Positions 27,534-36,455 of a DNA stretch of 64,000 nt are shown here, in pieces. The notes beneath the pieces are model-generated. The model worked only from the letters and a program-made list of their open reading frames with translations. It was not told the origin of the DNA and made no database searches. This stretch comes from an uncultured virus (IMG/VR IMGVR_UViG_3300032138_000963). Lineage: Duplodnaviria; Heunggongvirae; Uroviricota; Caudoviricetes. The translations under genes and the position numbers were made by a program. Location: the IMG/VR virus record IMGVR_UViG_3300032138_000963, one strand, 5' to 3'. How positions within the stretch are numbered: the first letter of the stretch is position 1; each line of letters begins with the position of its first letter.

Positions 27534-27686
27534 ATGGAATTTGGCACCTAGCTTGCGAAATGGGCGTTTTTCCTGGTACGCTTGTTTCGGGCAATTGGTG
27601 CCCAAAACCTCGACCATCTCCTGGTCGAAACCATCCTTGGGGGGCCTGCGTTTTCTCGTGGGCCTCCCATTTAACGGCCCCGGACA

Positions 27687-28292
27687 ATGACTGACGAGGA
27701 AATGACCGCCACCGTCAGAGACCTCAAATCGGGGATGGATATGCTTGCCCAAGAGTGGGGGGATTTTCTCAAGTTCGAGGCCAGCAGACGCGAGGAGGAT
27801 GCCGTCGTCCGGCGCAAAAAGGAGTCGTCTGACAGTCAGAAGGCCGCTGCTGAGGTTGCCGATTGGGAGAGGAAGCAGACATTCCTTGCCAAGCATGGGG
27901 TAAAGCTGGCTACGGTTATGTTCTCGATAGTGACCGCTGGGCTGGCTTGGTACGGGTCTCAGATTCGCAGTGAAATCCAAGCGGAAGAGCGCGCCAAGCA
28001 GGTTGATGAGAGCATCGAGACAAATGCTCAGAGCTTCTCAACCTTCAAGGATGAGACGTTCAACGATTTCAAGACAGATACAGATACGGATATCAAGACG
28101 CTTCAGCGCGAATCCGTGAATCAGACCCTCATGATCGATGAGGGCTTCAAACGCGTCGACCAGATCATGATCAAAGCGACCAGGCTCAGGGAGGAAGACC
28201 TCCCTGACCGTCCGCCGGAGTTCGATCAGGCCGTGAAAGATGCGAAAGCCCTCAAGACCCACAACGACAAATTTGGCCAGAAGGAGAAATAG
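27687..28292 (+). CDS. Single-TM coiled-coil protein
   Basis: Central LATVMFSIVTAGLAWY flanked by helical charged segments. Confidence 0.75.
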   Translation: MTDEEMTATVRDLKSGMDMLAQEWGDFLKFEASRREEDAVVRRKKESSDSQKAAAEVADWERKQTFLAKHGVKLATVMFSIVTAGLAWYGSQIRSEIQAEERAKQVDESIETNAQSFSTFKDETFNDFKTDTDTDIKTLQRESVNQTLMIDEGFKRVDQIMIKATRLREEDLPDRPPEFDQAVKDAKALKTHNDKFGQKEK

Positions 28293-28294
28293 CG

Positions 28295-29827
28295 ATGACC
28301 GAGCAATATCAGCAAAACAACATCAACGTCCCGCGCAAGACGCAGGTGTTCAACAGTACTGGACTGTTGAGTATTCAGGCTCTCGATCTGGACTCGGACT
28401 TGGTGATTGCGGAAACCGACACCGATGGCGTGCTCCTCCAACTGCCGACAGCGGATCAGATTCCCGGTCAGCAGATCGCTGTCAAGACTCCTGACGCGGG
28501 ATCGACCGGCAATCCGGTCACAATCCTCCCACCGACCGGCCAGCTCATCGATGGCTTCGCCAGTATCACGCTGGCGGCGGACCAGGAGGCGGTCATCCTC
28601 AAGGCCGCAGGCGACTCGGCGGGCGCTGGATACTTCTGGCAGGTCATCAGCTCGAGCGGCGGCGCGGTCGCCACCGCCGCCTCGATCGACCTCTTGTCGA
28701 CGACGGAGTTTTTTGGATTCACGGTCGACAACGTGATCTCCTTCGATTCGTGGGCTGCGCTTTTGGCCGCGCTGGCACTGCTGCCGACATCGCTCGCTGG
28801 TGGGAATCCGCTGTTTCAGCCGTCCAGGATCTGGGCGTCTGACGGGGCCGACGGCGGCTGGTTCGACTCCAGTATTGGGGGCGCTTCACTGGAGGGCGCC
28901 TCTGGCGGTCGAGGTACGTTTGGTCGAACCTTCTTGTTCAACCAAGGGGTCACGCTCACAGATGTTCGCTCCATGAAGAATCTGGAAGTGGAATACGGGA
29001 TCGTCCCCCTCGCCGCGGGCGCCCGCTTCCTTCCCGGGGGCTTCTCGGACGACGAAAGCCATCTTGTCGTCGAAAACTGCACGTTCACGACTATTCTCAA
29101 TGGCTTCCCCGCAACATCCGGAATCGCCATGCTCGGCGTTCTCGAGCTGCACTCGGAGACGTTTTGGGACATCGACTCCATCCTGGTGCCGGCGGGATTC
29201 AGCTCCTTGAGTGTTGAGTGCTACGACCGATGTGTGATTGTTGGTGGCGCGTTCACGGGTGGCGGGGTCGTTGTCTGCGACATCCTCGACGCCTCGGCGA
29301 ATGTGGACATCATCCAGCCCGGCGTTACATTTGACCTCGAGCTTGGCTCTTCGCCCGGTGCGGGTGGCGGCGCCTTCTTCACGTCGTTTGGAAACGCCAG
29401 CGAGCTGATGTTTGGAGGTTTCATAGACCTGAGTCTCGGGGCTCCAGGTGAGCTGATTGCCGGAGGGGCGAACGTGCCTCTCCCGGTCGGCAGCGGCGCT
29501 CCAGTGATCACTCCGCCGTTTTCTGGCGCTGCTGTGGGCGCTACCATCACGCGCCCTGGATACATCCGGGGAATCGGCGTTACGGTCGACAACTCAATCG
29601 GAGGCTTCGCCACATTCGATATCGAGGTCTATATCGGCGGCGTCTTGGCATTCACGGAGACCGGCTTCGACACGATCACTCACGGATATCAGTATTTCGA
29701 CTCGGGATTCGGCCGGGTCGGACCCACTGTTCCGACTTTTGCTGGGTCCATCAATTTGGTGGTCGTCCCAACCAGCGCTCCACCTGCTCCAGGCGTAACG
29801 ATCAACGCTTTCGTGCGCTTCGTATAG
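28295..29827 (+). CDS. Putative spike/fibre or receptor-binding protein (MTQQY family)
   Basis: MTEQYQQNNIN; LQLP...G..IAVK...NPVTI...IDG...WQVI module followed by a beta-rich body. Confidence 0.7.
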   Translation: MTEQYQQNNINVPRKTQVFNSTGLLSIQALDLDSDLVIAETDTDGVLLQLPTADQIPGQQIAVKTPDAGSTGNPVTILPPTGQLIDGFASITLAADQEAVILKAAGDSAGAGYFWQVISSSGGAVATAASIDLLSTTEFFGFTVDNVISFDSWAALLAALALLPTSLAGGNPLFQPSRIWASDGADGGWFDSSIGGASLEGASGGRGTFGRTFLFNQGVTLTDVRSMKNLEVEYGIVPLAAGARFLPGGFSDDESHLVVENCTFTTILNGFPATSGIAMLGVLELHSETFWDIDSILVPAGFSSLSVECYDRCVIVGGAFTGGGVVVCDILDASANVDIIQPGVTFDLELGSSPGAGGGAFFTSFGNASELMFGGFIDLSLGAPGELIAGGANVPLPVGSGAPVITPPFSGAAVGATITRPGYIRGIGVTVDNSIGGFATFDIEVYIGGVLAFTETGFDTITHGYQYFDSGFGRVGPTVPTFAGSINLVVVPTSAPPAPGVTINAFVRFV

Positions 29828-29836
29828 GAGACAATC

Positions 29837-30211
29837 ATGAAGAATCTCAACGCTGTCAGTCTCAAGCTCGGACGAAAGCCCATCGAGGGCAAGCGCTCCA
29901 TCGGATTTCACGAGGGACCGTATTCCCGTACAGCTCAAATCGCCGTCCCCGACGATTGGGAGGTCTCAGCCTTGGGCGAATACGACGACGCCGATGCTGC
30001 GAAGACGTTCGACGAGCGAAAGCGAACTGTATTTTGCGTCGCGGTGAGCCCTGACGGGAAGGAACTTATCGCGTACCGATGGCGCATGGACTCTCGCATG
30101 GATCCGGTGCACCTCAAGGGTGCAAAGGCGAAGAAGATCGGCGCAGATCTGAACACCGTCGACCCGGCGGAAATCGCCGAGAAACTCAAATCACACTTCA
30201 AGGAGGCCTGA
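29837..30211 (+). CDS. Hypothetical protein
   Basis: AGGAG SD; 124 aa. Confidence 0.7.
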   Translation: MKNLNAVSLKLGRKPIEGKRSIGFHEGPYSRTAQIAVPDDWEVSALGEYDDADAAKTFDERKRTVFCVAVSPDGKELIAYRWRMDSRMDPVHLKGAKAKKIGADLNTVDPAEIAEKLKSHFKEA

Positions 30212-30212
30212 C

Positions 30213-30740
30213 ATGGAAGCGTACACCGGAAAACTCGAAATGCGCGATGATCTCGCGCCAGCTGTCAGCGTTCGACATCGCGGTCGGAACCGCAGCTTCC
30301 TGACTCACGGGAAAGAATCCTGGTCACGAACAGCCTTCGTGGACGGCCTCTTCTTCCACCTGCTCACGTTCGACGAGGACGGTCAGCAGTACATCCTCGA
30401 GACGCTCGAGCCTCAGGGGCTGTCCTGCCGCCGCGTGCAGGCCTTCGCCACGCCTGACGAGCTTCGGACGCTCAATGGCGGTGATGCCCCCGCAGACAAT
30501 GAGGCGATCGTGACCCTCATGGAGCCGCAGCTCGCCTACGTCGCTGACGTGTTCGCTGACGCGCACGCTGAGGCCCAGGTGCGCGCTGCAGCAAGCGCCG
30601 AGGAGCATGCGCTGACCGAGGATGAAAAGACGCTCTATGCGGGCATGATGAACGCGCACAAGCTTTCAGCTTCCCAGCGCAAGAAAATCCGTGATGAGCT
30701 GATCCCTCACCTCAAAGAGACCGGAAACTTCCCGGGATAG
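30213..30740 (+). CDS. Hypothetical protein
   Basis: GGAGG SD; 175 aa; last gene of the + arm. Confidence 0.7.
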   Translation: MEAYTGKLEMRDDLAPAVSVRHRGRNRSFLTHGKESWSRTAFVDGLFFHLLTFDEDGQQYILETLEPQGLSCRRVQAFATPDELRTLNGGDAPADNEAIVTLMEPQLAYVADVFADAHAEAQVRAAASAEEHALTEDEKTLYAGMMNAHKLSASQRKKIRDELIPHLKETGNFPG

Positions 30741-30753
30741 AGCTTGCTCGGAC

Positions 30754-30790
30754 AAAAAAAAGAGGCGCCATAGTGGCGCCTCTTTTCGTT
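30754..30790. terminator. Bidirectional intrinsic terminator between the convergent arms
   Basis: aaaagaggcgcca-tag-tggcgcctctttt, with an A-tract upstream and a T-tract downstream. Confidence 0.9.
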
Positions 30791-30802
30791 TGACTGCTCG
30801 AG

Positions 30803-31195
30803 CTACTCGCCGCCGCCGACCTTGGGCGGAGCGGGGAGCTTCCCGTCCTTCTCGATCTTCTCTTCGGCCGCCTCTACGACATCTTCGGCTTTGTCGCCGG
30901 CGTCCTGGCCGGCACCGACCCCTTCACCCACTCGGGTGTTCCAGTCGTCTAGCTCGCGGTCTCGATCCGCGATGGCCTTCTGGCCCGACGAGTAGGCTTC
31001 TCCAGCGTACTTGCCCAGGTCAGCGAGGCCCTGACCTCCAAGGTACGCCATGGCGAGCTTGCTGAGCTTGTCGACGAAGTCGGCCGCGTGATCTGGATCG
31101 ACGCCCCCGAAGATGATGGCTGCCATCACGATTACGGTGACGACGTAGACGATTGCCTTCTTGCTGCTGAACAGACCTGAAATTGCGTTTTTCAT
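30803..31195 (-). CDS. Holin-like membrane protein
   Basis: SKKAIVYVVTVIVMAAIIF...LAMAYLGGQGLAD resembles small two-TM phage holins. Confidence 0.5.
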   Translation of the reverse strand: MKNAISGLFSSKKAIVYVVTVIVMAAIIFGGVDPDHAADFVDKLSKLAMAYLGGQGLADLGKYAGEAYSSGQKAIADRDRELDDWNTRVGEGVGAGQDAGDKAEDVVEAAEEKIEKDGKLPAPPKVGGGE

Positions 31196-31252
31196 GACCG
31201 GAATCTCCTATTCCGGCGTCTGCCGGAGTTCGGTCATGAGTTTACCACGCCC

Positions 31253-31657
31253 TTATGCCAGCGCCTCGTGGGCTACCCTGGCGAAATTCAAAGCTCGCTG
31301 CGCAAGCCCTTTGGCCTCTTCCTTCGTTTTAGCTCGACCGCCCATGTGGGAAAAGGGTTCAGGTGAGCCGTCGCCAGGATGCTCGACCTTCCAGCAAAAT
31401 GGATGCGTGTCTTGGCCCTCTTTGCTTTTACGCTTTCGTTCGCGCTCAGCCTCGTCCTCGTCGAGTCCGAAGCGCATGTCGAGAACGTCTCTCTCCCTCT
31501 GGGTCATTCCGGCCCGTAGATTTCCGAGAACACGGTCGAGGCCATCGAACTTCTTCATCTTGTCGACGCGCAACTCCCATTCGCCGACGTGAACTGATTC
31601 ACCCTCCTCGAGCATTTTGAGAGGGCTCGGGTCATCTTTCCATTCCAGGTTTTCCAT
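31253..31657 (-). CDS. Hypothetical protein with a sigma-70 region 4-like fragment
   Basis: MTQRERDVLDMRFGL; SD GAAAGGAAG. Confidence 0.55.
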   Translation of the reverse strand: MENLEWKDDPSPLKMLEEGESVHVGEWELRVDKMKKFDGLDRVLGNLRAGMTQRERDVLDMRFGLDEDEAERERKRKSKEGQDTHPFCWKVEHPGDGSPEPFSHMGGRAKTKEEAKGLAQRALNFARVAHEALA

Positions 31658-31782
31658 CGATCTTCCTTTCCGCACACAAAGATGCCGGAACGTACGCTTC
31701 GAGATTCGAGGAAAGGAAGAAGAGAACCCCTGGGCCCAAAGCTGTTCCGGCCCCTCCATTCTCCCATCGCCTCAGAATGCGG

Positions 31783-32022
31783 TCAATCGCCGCCGCCTAC
31801 GAGTTTTTCCTTGGTTCGTTTTGCGACGTCCGAACCATTCTCTTTTGACGTGTAGCCGTCGCGGTACCAGCCGCCACCTTTGAGCTGGAAGGATGGCGCG
31901 CTGATTTGTCGCTCGAGCTTACCTTCGCACTTCGAGCACTTTTCGAGTGGCGGATCCGAGAACTTTTGGATCTCCTCGAATCGATCCCCACAGTCGGTGC
32001 AGACGTAAGCGTGAAGTGGCAT
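31783..32022 (-). CDS. FmdB-family zinc-ribbon protein
   Basis: MP..AY.CTDCGDRFEEIQKFSDPPLEKCSKC...ISAPSFQLKGGGWY. Confidence 0.9.
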   Translation of the reverse strand: MPLHAYVCTDCGDRFEEIQKFSDPPLEKCSKCEGKLERQISAPSFQLKGGGWYRDGYTSKENGSDVAKRTKEKLVGGGD

Positions 32023-32475
32023 CTATTCCTCGTCTCCCAAATCCATTTCGATTGGAGGCTCGAGCTTGAGCACGAGATCTCCGCGCGGATTGGGACTGTA
32101 GACGAAGTCCTCGCCGGAGCCCATGTGCCGTCGCGCCTCGGGCGTGTGCATGGTGCCTGACCAGTAGTAGACGGTGATGCGCCATAGGCCGCTCTCGCCA
32201 TCCAGGAGCGCCTCGATCTCGTCGAGGATCTGCGGGAAGGTTCGGTCCTGAAGGTCGTACAGGAGCGCCCTGCGCTCCCACGAGGGCTTCGGGGGTGGGC
32301 ACTCGGGCCTCCGCCCCACGGTGATGCTGTGGAACCGCCGCGCCGTGGCCTCGACGGGTTCGGGGGCGCACGCGGCCGGCGCGGAAAGAGCGCGCTCGAT
32401 CTCGATGCGGTAAAGCCGCGCGAACGTGATGTCGGCGCCCTCGAGCGCGCGCACCAGCGCCAATTGCTCCTTCAC
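32023..32475 (-). CDS. Hypothetical protein
   Basis: 150-aa ORF abutting the next gene. Confidence 0.5.
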   Translation of the reverse strand: MKEQLALVRALEGADITFARLYRIEIERALSAPAACAPEPVEATARRFHSITVGRRPECPPPKPSWERRALLYDLQDRTFPQILDEIEALLDGESGLWRITVYYWSGTMHTPEARRHMGSGEDFVYSPNPRGDLVLKLEPPIEMDLGDEE

Positions 32476-32540
32476 GAGAAGGAGATTCGCAGACGGTCGA
32501 GTCGATCGTCAAGTTCGCGCTACAGCTCGAAGCTCAGCCA

Positions 32541-32768
32541 TCAGTCCTCGATCCCAAAGGCCTTCTTGGTCGCCTCGTCGATGTATTCGTGGTCAGAGTC
32601 TGAAAGGTGTTCGGCGAACCCTCGAGGGTCGTACCCCATCTGAATAGGAGCAATGGCGACAGCGCCGATATCCGCGACCTCTTCCTCTTCATCCCATCGA
32701 ACGCGAAGTTCGACGACGACCGGAATGCAGACTTCAATCTTGATTCTCTTGTATTCGTCATCGCTCAT
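32541..32768 (-). CDS. Small acidic hypothetical protein
   Basis: ATGA overlap with the upstream gene. Confidence 0.6.
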   Translation of the reverse strand: MSDDEYKRIKIEVCIPVVVELRVRWDEEEEVADIGAVAIAPIQMGYDPRGFAEHLSDSDHEYIDEATKKAFGIED

Positions 32769-33319
32769 GTGATTATCCCTGCGTCTCTCGACATGCGCGT
32801 CATCTCCTCTTCGGATTTGAGATCGTCCGGCTTGGCATCATCCTCGAACGGTCGCTGCCTAGCCTGGTCTCGAGTCTCCTCCGATACGAGCCGCTCGCTG
32901 TATCCGATAGGGAAGTTCAGTCCAGAGGGCAGCACCCACAGGTGGTACTGATTCGCCGTGTCGACCAGACGGTCTTCGCCTGGGTAGATCTCAAAGGCCT
33001 CGCACTCTTCACCGCACAGTTCGTTTTTGATTCGCTGGAAGTCGCGCCAGTCCTTTCCGAGAACGACGTCGCGGTCGTGCCTCTTGATGGACAAGTGTGT
33101 GACGAGCAGGCGCTTTTCTGGATCAGTCGGGTCCGGAAATCCGGTGGGGACGTTCTCGCGGATCCACACCTGCCACCGACTGTTGAGCCAGGGTACCCCG
33201 TTGATGCGAACGTGCTCGGCGTCTTCGGCCAGGTAGGATAGCTCGAATGGCGTCCACTCCGGCTGACTTGCGAGCTTCTTCTTTAGCCGGTCGGTGTACG
33301 TCTGATTTCGTTTTCCCAT
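32765..33319 (-). CDS. Conserved phage-type hypothetical protein
   Basis: HLSIKRHD...WRDFQRIKNELCGEE.EAFEIYP....LVDTANQYHLW, a motif familiar from phage proteins. Confidence 0.75.
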   Translation of the reverse strand: MGKRNQTYTDRLKKKLASQPEWTPFELSYLAEDAEHVRINGVPWLNSRWQVWIRENVPTGFPDPTDPEKRLLVTHLSIKRHDRDVVLGKDWRDFQRIKNELCGEECEAFEIYPGEDRLVDTANQYHLWVLPSGLNFPIGYSERLVSEETRDQARQRPFEDDAKPDDLKSEEEMTRMSRDAGIIT

Positions 33320-33320
33320 C

Positions 33321-33512
33321 CTAGTCCGTCTCCCTTCGCTCGAACATGGCCTTGTGGTGGATCGTGTGCGGCAGGCACAGGTGGCAGACGATCATCTCGC
33401 CGTCTTCGGGGTCGTAGAATACGAACGTCCGCTCGGCCGGATCTTCGCAGTCATCAGCGGTGCAGGTGTTGCTGTGGGCGAAGTCGCCGATGATGGGGCC
33501 GTTGGATGGCAT
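33321..33512 (-). CDS. Small Cys/His protein
   Basis: CxxxxC...CHLCxxH. Confidence 0.5.
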   Translation of the reverse strand: MPSNGPIIGDFAHSNTCTADDCEDPAERTFVFYDPEDGEMIVCHLCLPHTIHHKAMFERRETD

Positions 33513-33516
33513 GGTG

Positions 33517-33714
33517 TCAGGCTGCGACGATTCTAGATCCTCGTCCGACTTGGTACGCCTCGAGCGCGATGCGGCCCACCCACGATACCGTGTACCCGAC
33601 GCTGCCAGCGACGACAAGGCTGTGGACCACGAGCTGATCCATCGTTTTTCGATCTCTCGTCTCGCCGCATTGAACGGCGGCAAGCGCCTGGAGTAGCTGG
33701 TCGTTGAGTGCCAT
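33517..33714 (-). CDS. Small hypothetical protein
   Basis: Packed ORF with GGAGG SD. Confidence 0.5.
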   Translation of the reverse strand: MALNDQLLQALAAVQCGETRDRKTMDQLVVHSLVVAGSVGYTVSWVGRIALEAYQVGRGSRIVAA

Positions 33715-33716
33715 GG

Positions 33717-34067
33717 TTATCCGTCTGCCTCCTTGAAGTTTTGCCGAACTATCAGAATCGCGTGGTGACCGTCATCTTCAGACAGCTCTCGGCCCTCGAG
33801 CTTGGCACTGAAAAGTATTCGGAGGATGGATTCTCGCAAAATGTCCTGAACCTGTTCAGGCGTTCCTCCGATATTGTCGGTGAGCCAAAAGAGCAACGGC
33901 ACGAGCTTCTTCAGGCTCTCGACGGGAGGCCCAGGCCTGTCGGCTTCGGCGAGGTAGACCTCGGCCCAGATGAGCCACGCTTGCGCCGCCGCATCTTGAC
34001 CGCCGCTTCTGATGCGGGAGATCTCGCCCTTTATCGATTCGAGTTGTTCATCCGACAGCTGAAACAT
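33717..34067 (-). CDS. Hypothetical protein
   Basis: Packed ORF. Confidence 0.6.
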   Translation of the reverse strand: MFQLSDEQLESIKGEISRIRSGGQDAAAQAWLIWAEVYLAEADRPGPPVESLKKLVPLLFWLTDNIGGTPEQVQDILRESILRILFSAKLEGRELSEDDGHHAILIVRQNFKEADG

Positions 34068-34569
34068 CTTTGCCCTCGGCGAGCGCTTTCGGCGTCCGCT
34101 GCCTGCTCTCGAATGCAGCCGCGTAGATCCTATCAGTCAAATCGTCCCCCGTCCCGAGGTCGATGACGTCTGCGATGGTCGGAATATCGGCGTCTCGGAT
34201 GAACTTGTAGAAGGGTTCCTTGCCGTGCGTCTCCTGATCGATGATCACCAGAACGCCGACATCGCCCTCATGCACGTCATCGAACGCGGTGTCCATCTTG
34301 AATTTGACGCGACCCTTGGTCCGATTCTCTCGGGCGTAGATAACGGTCAGGGAGTCGTCTTGAACTCGAACGGTTCGGGCTCTCGCCATTGTGACGTACC
34401 GGTTCACGAGGTCGATGAGCTTCGGAGGTGCGTTCGATCCAGCAACGAGCATGAGCATGTCGTCCTTCTTGGACTCCTCGAGTGCCCTAGCCTTACCGAC
34501 AGCGGACGCCTTGTAGAGCAGGTTCCCTGCAAAAAGGACCCCGAGCAGTATCAGGAATACGACGTTCAT
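34048..34569 (-). CDS. Membrane-anchored hypothetical protein
   Basis: N-terminal TM. Confidence 0.65.
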   Translation of the reverse strand: MNVVFLILLGVLFAGNLLYKASAVGKARALEESKKDDMLMLVAGSNAPPKLIDLVNRYVTMARARTVRVQDDSLTVIYARENRTKGRVKFKMDTAFDDVHEGDVGVLVIIDQETHGKEPFYKFIRDADIPTIADVIDLGTGDDLTDRIYAAAFESRQRTPKALAEGKDVSAVG

Positions 34570-35207
34570 TTCTCATCTCTCAATCCAGCCGGAGAGCTAC
34601 CCTTCATCAGCTCATCAGGAATCGCTAAGCTCCCGATCACTTCAGCGAACATCTCGCTGAGCGGAGCCGCGACGCAGGTATGCATCGTCGTCTCCCCGGT
34701 CTCCGCCGATGCTCTGCAGTACTTGCAGACCGCCAGTTTGCACTCGAGTATCGTCTTGGCCTTGAGCTTCAGTGGCTCAGCGACAAGCAGCGCATCCCTG
34801 GCAGCGATTGCCTCGTCTCGGAATACCCCTCGGAAGTTGGTCCTCCCCTTTTTGATGTCGCGCTCGCCGTAGAAGGCGGCCTCCTCCGCCGCCTCGATGA
34901 TCCGCTCCGAGGACATTTGGATGAGCCGAAGCCAGTAGACTCGGTACGCCCCCTTCTCTTCGCGGAATCGATATGCGCATTCGAAGATTCGATCGTCGCA
35001 TGTTTCATCGAGGAATCTCGGATGGTGGCAGTGCCAGCAGTTCGTGCCCCACGTTCCGCAGCACAACGGATTGCAGCAGGTGTTGTACGCCTCGACACGA
35101 GTGTAGACCTCGGAGCCCTCGGGTTCATCCTTGTAGGCGAGGACTTCCTCGTACGTCGGGCGCTGCAGATTGCAGACAGGGCAGATGACTGGCGGGTGTT
35201 CGGTCAT
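34566..35207 (-). CDS. Cys-rich hypothetical protein
   Basis: Several CxxC pairs; ATGA overlaps at both ends. Confidence 0.65.
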   Translation of the reverse strand: MTEHPPVICPVCNLQRPTYEEVLAYKDEPEGSEVYTRVEAYNTCCNPLCCGTWGTNCWHCHHPRFLDETCDDRIFECAYRFREEKGAYRVYWLRLIQMSSERIIEAAEEAAFYGERDIKKGRTNFRGVFRDEAIAARDALLVAEPLKLKAKTILECKLAVCKYCRASAETGETTMHTCVAAPLSEMFAEVIGSLAIPDELMKGSSPAGLRDEK

Positions 35208-35449
35208 GACTTCTTCAGAATCTTCTGGGCTCGAGCGTGAGGGCACTCCCCCTCGCCGAACCAGTTGTGGGCCTGGCAGGAGCCGTGATGGTCTAGGTCG
35301 CACTCGTCCGAATATGCGAGGTCTTCGATGAGGCTCTTGAGGTTGCGGATCTTCTTGCGCTTGCGCTTCAGCTTTGCCTCGAGTTCTTCGACTTCTCGCA
35401 GAGCTTCGTCTCTTTCGGCCGCGAGAGCCTCTTCGATATTGGAACTCAT
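35204..35449 (-). CDS. Coiled-coil protein with Cys/His cluster
   Basis: CDLDHHGSCQAH...CPH. Confidence 0.65.
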   Translation of the reverse strand: MSSNIEEALAAERDEALREVEELEAKLKRKRKKIRNLKSLIEDLAYSDECDLDHHGSCQAHNWFGEGECPHARAQKILKKS

Positions 35450-35492
35450 ATGGTTTTCAACCTTCCACCCGCTGTTCTATTCCATGGATCTG

Positions 35493-35584
35493 TAGAGCCG
35501 GTTGCGGGTGTCGAACCCGCGAGAGCGAATGGACGGAGCAGAAAATCGTTCGAGGTCGCTCGCATGACCTGATTCGAAACCGGC
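35493..35584 (-). ncRNA. tRNA-like RNA (acceptor stem and T-arm, non-canonical middle)
   Basis: GCCGGTT/AACCGGC acceptor stem, GCGGG-TTCGACA-CCCGC T-arm, 3' TCTA; no canonical D or anticodon arm. Confidence 0.55.
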
Positions 35585-35676
35585 ATAGGTCGGGACGATG
35601 GCAGGCGGATTCCGGTTCGCTTGCTTCTCGCCCCTAGGGGATTGCGGTGTGGCTGCACCGCGCCGACCCCTGGCGA

Positions 35677-35916
35677 CTAACACCCGTCAAACGGAGGCGT
35701 CGGGGTGTACTCTCCTTCCAGGAAGGTCATGCAGCTTTTGGGCGTGCGCCCCATCTCGTCGACACAGTCGAGCATGAACTTGGATCGCTCGAGCTGAAGC
35801 TCCTGGTTTTGAAGTTCTCGCTCAGCATCGCGGTCGCTCTGGGCTCGAAATGTCGAGTAGGCGAGCCCGAGAAGAAAGAGGAGCATGAGGGCGACGAGGA
35901 ATTTGGATTCTTTCAT
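35677..35916 (-). CDS. Small membrane-anchored or secreted protein
   Basis: Starts MKESKFLVALMLLFLLGLAY. Confidence 0.6.
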   Translation of the reverse strand: MKESKFLVALMLLFLLGLAYSTFRAQSDRDAERELQNQELQLERSKFMLDCVDEMGRTPKSCMTFLEGEYTPTPPFDGC

Positions 35917-36455
35917 GGCGCAGATTCTACCTCTTGGAGCTTCAGCTCGTTGCATATTGCGTCGATCTGCGCCTCGAATTGCTCGAGGGTTCCGTCGTTG
36001 GTGATGCGGTAGTCCCAGGGAAGATCTGCATGTGCTTCCGACTCATGCGTCGGGTCGTACTCGCAGCCTGGGCGCCGCACAGAGACGATGTGGCCGCCGA
36101 GCCCCTTTGTCAGCTCGGCGTGCTCGTTGGGGAATCGAACGTCCTCGATGACCAGCAGGCCGCCTGGGAGGGTGTTCTTCCAGGCGGTGAGCCAGATGTC
36201 GCGGTGGATCATCTGGCGTCCCCACTCGGTCCCCATCGTCTTCATCGCATGGCGCGGAGTTCGACCGCACAGCTTGGGCGTGGGGATCTCCTTCTCATCT
36301 CCGTAGACCTGCTCCCACGTCAGGCCGAACGCGACCATGAGAGCCTTCTTGATAGGGTCGGCGAATGCAGTTCGTGTGAACCCATACTTTCCGACAAGAC
36401 GTTTGGTGAGGGTGGATTTGCCGGACTGCTTGGGTCCGATTACGCCGATAATCAT
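35913..36455 (-). CDS. Deoxynucleoside monophosphate kinase
   Basis: IIGVIGPKQSGKST, FADPIK, TPRHAMKTMGTEWGR, IEDVRFPNE. Confidence 0.9.
   Translation of the reverse strand: MIIGVIGPKQSGKSTLTKRLVGKYGFTRTAFADPIKKALMVAFGLTWEQVYGDEKEIPTPKLCGRTPRHAMKTMGTEWGRQMIHRDIWLTAWKNTLPGGLLVIEDVRFPNEHAELTKGLGGHIVSVRRPGCEYDPTHESEAHADLPWDYRITNDGTLEQFEAQIDAICNELKLQEVESAP

Noticed and set aside
32023..32475. Locally GC-richer segment as a separate mobile insertion
   Set aside because: No terminal repeats or transposase are visible, and the compositional impression was not quantified.
35493..35584. Canonical tRNA or attP site for the recombinase
   Set aside because: No assignable anticodon arm or CCA end, and no second copy in the window to define an att core. 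Kept only as a tRNA-like RNA.
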